This document shows positions 53,999 to 64,000 of a stretch of DNA of 64,000 bases, in pieces; positions within the stretch are counted from its first letter, which is position 1, and each line of letters begins with the position of its first letter. Position numbers and translations under genes: made by a program. Below the pieces are notes generated by a model. It ran no database searches. It was not told the DNA's origin and saw only the letters and a program-made list of their open reading frames with translations. The DNA is from the human T2T-CHM13v2.0 reference genome, Homo sapiens, in assembly GCF_009914755.1 (NCBI RefSeq), contig NC_060942.1; one strand, written 5' to 3'.

Positions 53999-55339
53999 TT
54001 TCTGTCTTTCTTCCCTCAAGGCAAACTCATCAAGAGAACAATCAGTTACCTGGTAGCTATCTTCACTAGTCCTTGCTTCACTCTCTCCCTCAATCATTGA
54101 CTGATTGAAACCTTTGGGGCTAAAATGTGATATTCCTGATTCACACATGCACACACACGCAGACGCGTGCACGGACATGACATTATTTCTCTCTTTGCTC
54201 ACTTAGCAGTGAAACAAAAGGTCTAGCTCACTTAAAAACTTGTCTCCAAGTTCTGATTCAATAAAAACAAACCAGAGAAAAGTAGAACAAATTTGAAGAG
54301 AAATAGGAGATTCTGAAGTGGATACAGATGGTTTCTTCACAGCAGCAGACACTCCCCTTATTATCTTTCTTTTGCTGGTGCCCTTGACTTCTCTACCTTG
54401 CCCTTAACCCTGCCCAAATTAGGGCATCAGGGGTAGAGAAAGGAAGCCCCTTCCCTGTTTCAAGCTGTAAACCCTGCACATCCTTCCTGTGTATCCCTTT
54501 GTGCAGCCTGGCTTATCCATTCCGGAAGGTTTGTTTATTCCTTCTATTTGCAACCGACAGATCAGGAGAGAGAAAAGGAAGGAATTACCTCGGATGGCTG
54601 GAGCGGAGAACTAATGAAGGGAAGGCTCCAGGGCTTTGCCAATGGGGCATCTGGCCGGAAAATCTGTGGATGAATCAGCACAAGTGGATGCTCGCTGTTA
54701 CAAAAATGGCCCAAATCACATATTCTAGTGATCATTGTTGATGGTATCATATTAAAAGTGAACTGCCATGGAAGAATGCTAACTTTTGTTGGTGCTTGAG
54801 GTGTAGGAGTCCAGAGACATTCGATTGGGTGTTTTGAAAGCAAAAGGCCAGTCTCCAGACACGTTTTAGTGTCAGCATTCAGACTTTCACAGCTTTGGCT
54901 ACCTCTATGTGCTATTATAAATTGATGTCATTACAAAGATATTATAATACCTATCTTTTCTCCTAGAATCATGAAAAGGACTATCCTTAATATGGAATTG
55001 GATATTAAAAGCCGTTTCTTATCCGTGTGTCCTAAAGCAATAAATGACTTCTATAATTAATTAGTGCATGGGTCATTCCTGGAATGCTGATTGTCATTCT
55101 GTGGTTTAAAATCACAACCTGGGATTTTCTTTTTTGTCTTTTGTCCATATGTGACTCTGAGTAGCCAAATCTAAGTATCATTTGCTCTAGATGCTTGACA
55201 TAGTTTATATGCCTAGCAATTATGACTGCCAAATATTTTACATTGTGAAGCCAAATGGCAAAGTCACACTTATAGGGTGCAAAAAGGAAATCAGATATCG
55301 AGTATGATACCACACATTCAATAGAGAATGAGAGTTCAG

Positions 55340-55572
55340 GACACGGCCTGTGGAGTTGAACTGACCTGAATGAGAACTCAGCTTTCTCATTGAATGACTG
55401 AATGCCTTGCACAGTCATTTTACGTCACCAAACCTCTGTTTCCTCATCTGTAATATTGGGATAACAATGACATGACCTCATTAGGTTCTTACATGGAATA
55501 AATGGGACAACCCATGTAGAAGGTTTAGCACAGTCCCCGGCACAGAAGGGACTCAGTAAATACTAGATGTTA
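55340..55572 (+). mobile_element. MIR
   Basis: 'cctctgtttcctcatctgtaatattgggataac...ttagcacagtccccggcacag...ctcagtaaat'. Confidence 0.8.
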
Positions 55573-56199
55573 TTTGTGCAGGAATAGATGTGGTGCCTGC
55601 AACCTTGCTGTATAACCTTGGAGAAGTTTTTTAGCCCCTTTTCCTTTTCTATTTCTGTACGTTCTTATTTGCTTATTTGTTAGGGTTATTGATTGGATGT
55701 AGTACCTGTTAAATACCATCTTGTACTGGTATTTGTCTTTGTATGTGTGTCTCATTGTCTCAAGTCCTCTATTATGTGTTGGAGGATAGGGGCTGTGTTC
55801 CACATCCTTTTGTCGTTTCCACTGTGACTTAACTGGTGGTTTGCACACTGTGTGTGCTCAATGCTGATTGATGATAATGGTGAGCAAATCATAGTGTGTG
55901 GTGGAAGCAAATCAAGATCAGGTAGTCCACTTTCACATGCATGAGAAAGCTTCAAGTTTGCGGGAAAAAAGAACTCCTTTTTTTCTTTATGGTTATAGAG
56001 ACTTCACCCTTCCTCCTGGACAGTCACTTTACATCCTCTCACTTTCACGGAACGAAACAGGCAGATGATCAGATGTAAATATTAATATGTCATAGCTATG
56101 GGCAAAACAACTCCAGATGACTGTTTATACAAATTTTGGGGTCAAAAGACTTTATTACTCTAACTTTTGGACAAAAAATGTTCTATGAATACAGATCTT

Positions 56200-56700
56200 T
56201 TTAAAAATTGTGGTAAAATTAAAAAAAATTGTGGTAAAATATACATAAAATTTACCATATGAACCATTTTTAAGTGTACAGTTCTCTGCCATTAAGTACC
56301 TTATTGTGCAAACATCAGCATCATCCATCTCCAGAACTTTTCATATTTCCCAGGTGAAACTCTGTACCCATTAAACACCAACTCCCCCCTCCCCCCACCT
56401 TAGCCCCTGGCAACATCATTCTACTTTCTATCTCTATGTTTGACTTTAGGTACCTCATATAAGTGGAATCATACAGTATTTGTAATGTTAGGACTGGCTT
56501 ATTTTACTTAGCATAACGTCCTTGAGGTTCATCTATGCTATACCAGGTGTCAGAATTTCCTTCTTTTTTAAGCCTGAGTAATATTCAGTTGTATGTATAG
56601 ACCACATTTTGTGTATGAATTCATCCAATGATGACTCTTGGGTTTCTTCCACCTTTTGGCTATTATGAATAATGCTGCTGCAAAACATGGCTATACATTT
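56200..56700 (-). mobile_element. L1MB-like 3' end
   Basis: 'ttgtggtaaaatatacataaaatttacc...ttaagtgtacagttc...aagtggaatcatacagtattt...ttggctattatgaataatgctgct'. Confidence 0.85.
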
Positions 56701-56717
56701 TTTTTAAAATATGGCAG

Positions 56718-57115
56718 TGTATTAGGTTTCTCCAGAGAGACAGAACCAATAGGATATAGATAGATACGTGGATATAGATTTGGATAGATAGATGAGAAGG
56801 GTTTTATTAGGAGAATTGGATTACATGGGTATGGAGGCTGAGAAGTCCCATGACAGGCCTTCTGCAAGTTGGAGATCCAGAGATGCTGCTAGCGTGGCTC
56901 CATCCTCGTCTGCAAGCCTCAGAGAACCTAGGCCAGGGGCAGGGGTTCGGGGGAGGTAGGGGTCATTGGTGTAAGTCCTAGAGTCCCAACACTCAGTTGA
57001 CTGACTCACATTTCAATCTCTTCTGAAAACACCCTCATAGAAAGAAGGAATGCTTTACTATTTCTCTAGGTATTCCCTAGTCCAGGCAAGTTGACACCTA
57101 AAATTAAGCATCACA
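56718..57115 (-). mobile_element. MLT2 (ERVL) solo LTR
   Basis: 'tgtattaggtttctccagagagacagaaccaatagg...atggaggctgagaagtccca...caagttgacacctaaaattaagcatcaca'. Confidence 0.88.
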
Positions 57116-58109
57116 AGTAGTGTAGACTATGATTATGGGCTTTCTTGTGTAACTCTCAGGTTACTCCCTTTCATAGAAGGATTAACGCTGGCTACCATCC
57201 TGTAGTGATACAACTTTGTTTTCTGTTTTTCCGCATGTGTCACCACTACGTGAATTATTTCCTGCTTATGGGAACTGGTGTCTACAGCCTGTGTGAGTAT
57301 TGTGGCTGTGCTTCTGTTCCAGTCTTCTTTATTGAGGGAAATATTTGAGAAGAGTCCTTACTGCTTAAAACTAAAGCTTGGGAATTGCTTGCTTGAGTTA
57401 GATTTACCCAAAAAAGAAAAACGTAAAAAAAGAGACAAAATGTAAGCAAGCTACACTGATACACGTCTCGGACACAGCTTCCTCCACCCCATGCCAGGCT
57501 ATGTGCTGCCATTTGAACGGGTATCAACTTTCTTGTTGTTTAAAAGGAAAGGGCCCTGGTGGGCTGATTCTGTGACTCGGTGCACATATGGCAGACCCAG
57601 TGCTGTCATAAAGAATTCAGTGATCCCAGAACTGATTTATTTTATTTTGTTTTTAAATCTGAAGACCAGGTTCTTTTGAGGTATTAAGTTCTGGGCACCA
57701 GCGTTTGCAGATATATCACTGCTCAGGGCAGAAATGCCTTCCTGTGCAGGGAAACCTCCCAAGAAGAGTGAGCCTCCTCTCCTCCTGCTGGTGAGACCAG
57801 AGAAGTGTTTCTAACATTGTTGAAATGAAGCAAAGTTATCCTTCTTTTGACCCTGCTGTAGCATCTGGGGTCATCTTTTTGTTTACTGTGTATTTGTTTT
57901 TGACCTTCAGAAGGTCCTGGTGGCACAGCCCAACAAAGACTAGAGAATAAAACAAACAGATGCAAAACAAAACAAAGTCTTTAATCATTTCCAGATACCA
58001 CCACCCCACATGGCAATGTGGCTCTCAGCTTATAAGGTGATTTGATTTTAGAAGCCAACTGTGTTCTACATAACTTATACTGTCACCTGTCACGTTGTAA
58101 TATACCTAG

Positions 58110-58477
58110 TATGTTAGTCCATTTTTACACTGCTATAAAGAACTGCCTGGGACTGGGTAAATTTATAAAGGAAAGAGGTTTAATTGACTCCCAGTTTTGC
58201 ATAGCTGGTGAGGCCTCAGGAAACTTACAATCATGGTGGAAGGGGAAGCAAGGCACCTTCATAAGGCGCCAGGAAGAAGACTGAACACAGGAGGAACTAC
58301 CAAACACTTATAAAAACCATCAAATCTCTTGAAGACTCATTCACCATCATAGAACAGCATGGAGGAAATCACCCCTATGATTCAATTACTGCCACTTGGT
58401 TTCTCCCTTGACACGTGGGGATTATGGAGATTATAATTAAGATGAGATTTTTGGTGGGACACAGCGAAACCATATCA
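58110..58477 (-). mobile_element. THE1 (D-like) solo LTR
   Basis: 'ttagtccatttttacactgctataaag...gaggcctcaggaaacttacaatcatgg...gggacacagcgaaaccatatca', with TSD cctag / cctgg. Confidence 0.92.
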
Positions 58478-58779
58478 CCTGGCAAGCATCAGACACCTAT
58501 GGTGCTTTTTTTTACCTGTGCTCCTCCTTCATCTTTCATTTTCACCTTAGTAGACTAAGGCACAGGCAGTGAGAGCATCGAGGTGCCTTTTGCAAAGGCT
58601 AATGGGGGTCCAGGAATGCTCATGCAGCCTGTCTGTGGGGACAAAGAATAAGGTTGGGTACAGAGGACCTGGTGGATTAATGCCCATCACATGGAAGGCC
58701 CTCCACCTGTAGTTATTGGAAGAATAAATGAATGAAAGAGAAGCATCCCTGTGATGAGAGATATAAATTGGCAATCAGT

Positions 58780-58925
58780 ATCTAATATTAATTCCATTGT
58801 GCAGATGAGGAGACTGGGTTATTGAGATAGTAATTGATTTCCATAGGCTCAGCCAGCTAGCTGCTGTCTTGTTAATGTCAGAAACAAGACCAGACTTTAC
58901 GCTTCCAAGCTCAGAGCCTAAAGTG
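58780..58925 (-). mobile_element. MIR fragment
   Basis: 'ccattgtgcagatgaggagactggg...ccaagctcagagcc'. Confidence 0.55.
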
Positions 58926-59449
58926 TTTGTGCTAGATTTATGTGCTTGCCGACCCATTCCTGCTGATGGTCACTTTGATAAATCATTTCAATTAGAAGCA
59001 GATGTTATCATGGTATACATGGAGACAGGTCTTTCTGAGTTTCCAAACAGTGTAGTTGCTGTTTTATGGTTTCCTGTCTGTGTGTGGGTCTTTATTTGTA
59101 CAAGTCTCATAAACAAACAAATAAGCAAATAATAACAACAAAATTGGCTGTGGTGGCATTTAAGATTTCAGTAGAACTTTTTAAGTATATAGTCTTGTGT
59201 ATTTCTCCAGAGAACATGATCAGCCTGCTTGAAAAATCAGCAGAAAAATGAAGAGCTTGGTTTGTTGTACAGAGTAATCAGAGAGCACTCACACAGCAAT
59301 GGTAGTTTCTGGAAATTTGGTCTGGAAAACAATAATTAAAAATCTTTCCTGCTTTTACAACATCTGGTACTAACCATCACATTCTGGGAATCTTGACTTG
59401 CATGCAGAGATTTTCTTAAATTATTTCTCCCTCATTTAGTATTCACATG

Positions 59450-59830
59450 GCTTTTATTTTCTTATAATAATTTCCTTTTTTGATTATATATTTAATACTA
59501 ACATAAATTTTGCATGAATTTGGGGAAGATCTGTAATGGCATAAAGATAAAATTTAAAAATCACTTATAATTCATTATTCAGAAATACCAATTTTTAACA
59601 TTCTCGGGTATACCCTTTTATTCTTTCATATGTTTTTGTTTTTTTTTTTTGAAATTAGAGGATCTATTTTACATTTTGTTGTGCAATCTGCTTTTTTTTA
59701 CTTAAAGGTTTTTGTGGAAATTTCTCCATGCAATTAAACATTCTTCTAAATACAGTTTTTTAAAAGGTGCCGCAGTTGTAATGTTGTAAATGCACTATAT
59801 TTACTTAACCATTTCCTTGTGGTAAAATTT
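59450..59830 (-). mobile_element. Old L1ME 3' fragment
   Basis: 'aaaaatcacttataattc...ttttaacattc...tatttacttaaccatttcc'. Confidence 0.5.
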
Positions 59831-60494
59831 TAATAGAATTCTGACTTTTATAGTTCATATGCATATGGATAATATAGCATCTATTTTTATATCTGTAAAC
59901 TTTCTTCTAGAAATACATTTATTTTGAGCAGTAAAGTATCTGATTTTAATTTTGGATCACTCTTTCCCCCCGGGACCTTGGAATCAGAGCAAAAAATGAG
60001 AAAAAGAAACAAGATAATAACAAAAGTTGGGGCAAGTTAGTATTAGTTGAACTGTAACAATTCTTCCTGCCTGCCAGCCTAACTTCCTGACTCCCTCCCT
60101 CCCTTGCTATAATAAGTGCCTACCATGTTTCACGCATAGTGCTAGCCCTATGGAAGAATAATAAGCAAGTGCTAGTTCCTACTTTAATAAACATATCATG
60201 GAAAGAGGAGTGGAAGCTGCAGATGTGTCTAGCAGTTTAACATGGGAGAGTGGAGGTAGTAGGTACCTGAGATTATATTAGCCTTGTAGGAAAGGGAAAG
60301 CAGGTGATTGCTGAGTTGATGTGATTTGAGGGATGCTGCTTAAAGGCATGTGTGTTTGTGCATATGTCCATATGCTTCATGGGTGGCCAAGGGCATGCAG
60401 TAGAGAGAAAGCAGGTTGGATGAGTTGAGTGTCATTGACTCATAAACTGGGAAACTCAGTGCTTCATGCTCAGTTCATTTCTGAAAATGTTAAT

Positions 60495-61304
60495 AATAAT
60501 TTTTTTTACTTGTTTTTTTTCTTTTTACAATTTCAATAGTTTTTGGGGTACCTGTGTTTTTTCGTTACATGTACAAGTTCTTTAGTGGTGATTTCTGAGA
60601 TTTTAGTGTACCTGTCACCCAAGAAGTGTACACACTACCCAATATGTAGTTTTTTGATACCTTCTCCCAAGCTTTCTCTGCTGAGTCCCCAAAGTCCATT
60701 ATATCATTCTTATGCCTTTGGGTCCTCATAGGCTTAGCTCCCACTTATGAGTGAGAATATATGATATTTGGTTTTCCATTCCTGAGTTACTTACCTTAGA
60801 ATAATAGCCTCCAGCTCCATCCAAGTTGCTGCAAAATACATTATTTCATTCCTTTTTATGGTTGAGTAGTATTTCTTGATGTATGTATACCACATTTTCT
60901 TTATCCACTTGTTGGTTGGTGGGCACTTAGGCTGATGCCATATTTTTGCAATTGTGAACTGTGCTGCTATAAACATGCATGTGCGTGTGTCTTTTTCATA
61001 TAGTGACTTCTTTTCCTTTGGGTAGATACTCAGTAGTGGGGTTGCTGGATCAAATGGTAATTCTACTTTTAGTTCTTTAAGGAATCTCCACACCGTTTTC
61101 CACAGTAGTTGTACTAATTTACATTCCCACTAGTAGTGTAAAAGTGCTCCCGTTCACCACAACCACCAACATCTATTGTTTTTGGACTCCTTAATTATGG
61201 CCATTCTTGCAGGAGTAAGGTGGTATCTCATTGTGGTTTTAATTTGCATTTACGCAATGATTAGTCATGTTGAACATTTTTTTCATGTTTGTTGGCTGTG
61301 TATC
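60495..61304 (-). mobile_element. 5'-truncated L1PB 3' end
   Basis: The minus-strand ORF 60791-61093 '[51 protein letters not shown]' is the L1 ORF2 C-terminus. TSD-like ttctgaaaat (60479-60488 / 61305-61314). Confidence 0.92.
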
Positions 61305-62153
61305 TTCTGAAAATAATTATAAAATACCTACTTTGTGGAATTCCAAGGCTAAAGTCCTATGAAATTCATTCTTGCACCCACATGGTCCATCATATTGCAG
61401 AATTCTATCTAATTTATCCATGTTCATTAGCCAAATTGCAAACTCTTAACACCAGAAAAGTAAGTAAAGGAAAAGAAGAAGCAATTACCCCCAGCTGGCT
61501 GCCAGTTTCCTGTTTCTGTTCCCAGGACCAGATTCTCTTATCCCTGGAGCATGCTCCCTGTTGAATTGGATGTGGCTGATGTGTGGGTAAAATTGGACCA
61601 TATCTTGTCATTATTGTGTCTCTGATGACAGAAGTCATGGGGTCAGACTGGGTCTCAGGTGTTGTCTGATCAGGGAGGCTGCACCTGCTGTGGGGTTCTG
61701 GTCTCAGTCTCCTGACTGGAGTGCAGTCCTCCTACCGTGCCCACTTCTCCCTTCTCTCCACGCCCCCATCCCCAGGCTCCTGTCTATCAGACCAAGACAG
61801 GCTTCCCACTGGCCCACAAAAATTCTTAATTACAATAGGGACTTCTCTCTTGTTGACTTTTTACGACTAAGATCCTCCTCAAGGTCCTAATCAATAATAG
61901 AGCAGTTGATTATCCTGTGTAGGGTGACATGGTGTATTTAGACTTGGGAACAGAAATATTTTGTAGCCATGTCTTATTGTCCAGCACAAAGTTATCTTAG
62001 ATTCAGACACTCAAAACAAACATTCCATATAAAAAGAACTTGCTAACAGAACATAAACACATTTAGCACATGAGGGGAGATAACCATGCTCTTTAGTAAA
62101 TTTCTCATGTACTGGTAAAACACATATTTTGAGACAGAGCTATATACAAGCTA

Positions 62154-62504
<351 letters not shown>

Positions 62505-62594
62505 TTATCTATAAAAGTGGTTTAAAATTATGCTTTTCTAAAATTGTGACTTTCTGAGCAATTCAAAAGTGTCATAAATTGTGAGCTAAATTTT

Positions 62595-62920
62595 TAATTC
62601 CTATTTAATATTTGAAAAAACTGGGGTTTAGAGAGGTTAAATTGCCTGCCCAAGGTTACCCAACCAGTAAGTTCAAAAGAGGGAATTTGAAGTCTAATGT
62701 ATTCTTAACCAATTTGCATCTTCAAAAGACAATGTTTAGTGAACACCAATATGTCATGTTATTTCATTTAGTACTCATCGCTACCCTCTGAGGCATTATT
62801 CTTCTTTTACTAATGAGGAAACTGAGGCCCTAAGGGATTAAGAGAAGTGCTCAAGGTACATGTTTGTTATGTGACACATTAAGAGGGATTCTCACCCAAG
62901 TCTGTGTAACTCCAAAACCC
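62595..62920 (-). mobile_element. Two MIR fragments
   Basis: 'agagaggttaaattgcctgcccaaggttac' and 'atgaggaaactgaggccctaagggattaag'. Confidence 0.65.
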
Positions 62921-64000
62921 GTGAAATCCCAGTGCACCTTAATTCCTTCTGGAGCTGATACGATTGGAAATATGATTGGTTTCTAAAAAAAGTTACTTCC
63001 ACTTCCTCTAGTTTTTCAGACTTGAGAAATCACTAGAAATGGGGATAAGTTGAATTTGGGTAGGGAGGGAGGAAAGGAACCAAGTAAACTCTGAGCAGGG
63101 GCAGAGAAAAGAGATTTTTTTTCCCTAGCTCAATTTTCAAATGTTTTTGAATCATTTTTTTTTTCAATCAAATTCAGAGCATGCCCCATTTATTTGCAAA
63201 CCTGGCTGGTATAATTTTTGTCATAGTAACCCACGTTTTCATAATTTTCATTTGAGATTGCAAAATGCTCTTGCACAGCATTTTAAAATAGCAGGCAAAC
63301 CAGCCTTGGAGCCCTTTCCCTGGGAAGGGTAGCGGTGGGGGTGGGAGCTCTTCTCCTAAAGGACAGAAAGGCAGAGCCACAGGAGCTCTGACACAGGAGA
63401 AGATCCCAAAAAGTAGGACACCCTGGAGGGTATTTGGCATATAACAAGGTTGAGCTAGCTCCCAATCGAAGCAAAATCAAAGCAGCCTGGCCTCACATTG
63501 GAGATGGGAGTCTGCCTGGAGCTGACAAAGCCCAGGCTAGGCAGGGCGTAATGACAGGAAAGGAAATGAAGACATTCCTCAGCTCTCCTCCCACCTTCTT
63601 TTTCTCAGACCCAAAGATGCTGTATCAAATTTCATGCTAGGTGGAAAGAACACATATGCTGCCTGCAGATGCCTCTGCTCACAGGTCATTTTGGCCCTGC
63701 CTGAAGTCAGTACTTTAAATGCATCCTCAAAGGAATTCCTAAAGGAGATCTTTCCCCTGCCAAAACACATATGTGTGGAGAGCATATACGCGTGCATTCT
63801 GGAAATGAGGAAGCCTTCAAGGAGAAGTTTTGCTGGGAGTACCCAAAAAGCTCCTGGCCATGAGACCTGAGAGAGCAAAGTCCTTGCCAACTGGTGCTGT
63901 GGGGACCAGAGAATGCTTCATGGCCCAAGGAGTAGAATCTTGCAGCCAACTCTGGAAGGGTTGGCCAGGGTTTCATATGGGAGTTTGCATTCTTCAGGCG

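Noticed and set aside
56203-56240. 17-bp direct repeat aaaaattgtggtaaaat x2
   Set aside because: An ordinary slippage duplication at an L1 3' end.
60791-61093. 100-aa ORF with clear protein homology
   Set aside because: It is the L1 ORF2 C-terminus inside a 5'-truncated L1PB, so not an independent CDS. The same applies to 21475-21657 and 11430-11639.

Overview
Primate (human-like) non-coding genomic DNA, either intronic or intergenic, and CpG-poor with no CpG island. I cannot support any protein-coding exon, tRNA/rRNA gene or CRISPR array. The supplied ORFs are short, and those I can place derive from Alu, L1, CR1, LTR or microsatellite sequence. Much of the window is interspersed repeat: about 27 Alu/FLAM copies (22 minus, 5 plus), old and young L1 fragments, L2, L3/CR1, MIR, THE1/MLT1/MLT2 solo LTRs, hAT MITEs (MER1B, MER5, MER33), and a 35-nt tailless U2 snRNA retrocopy. 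I found no new multi-gene system. The structures not explained by repeat annotation are: (1) a 262-bp MIR-derived fold-back palindrome at 53737-53998 with a 25-bp perfect inner stem; (2) a cluster of locally templated insertions and inversions in and beside one old L1 (10222-15444); (3) a dense hepatocyte-type TF motif cluster at about 6510-6765; (4) an isolated CpG-rich G-quadruplex/GC-box tract at 33365-33410; (5) a candidate non-coding + strand exon, together with an antisense repeat bias suggesting a + strand host transcript. Repeat subfamily calls come from recalled consensus features rather than a database search, and boundaries of old repeats are approximate.
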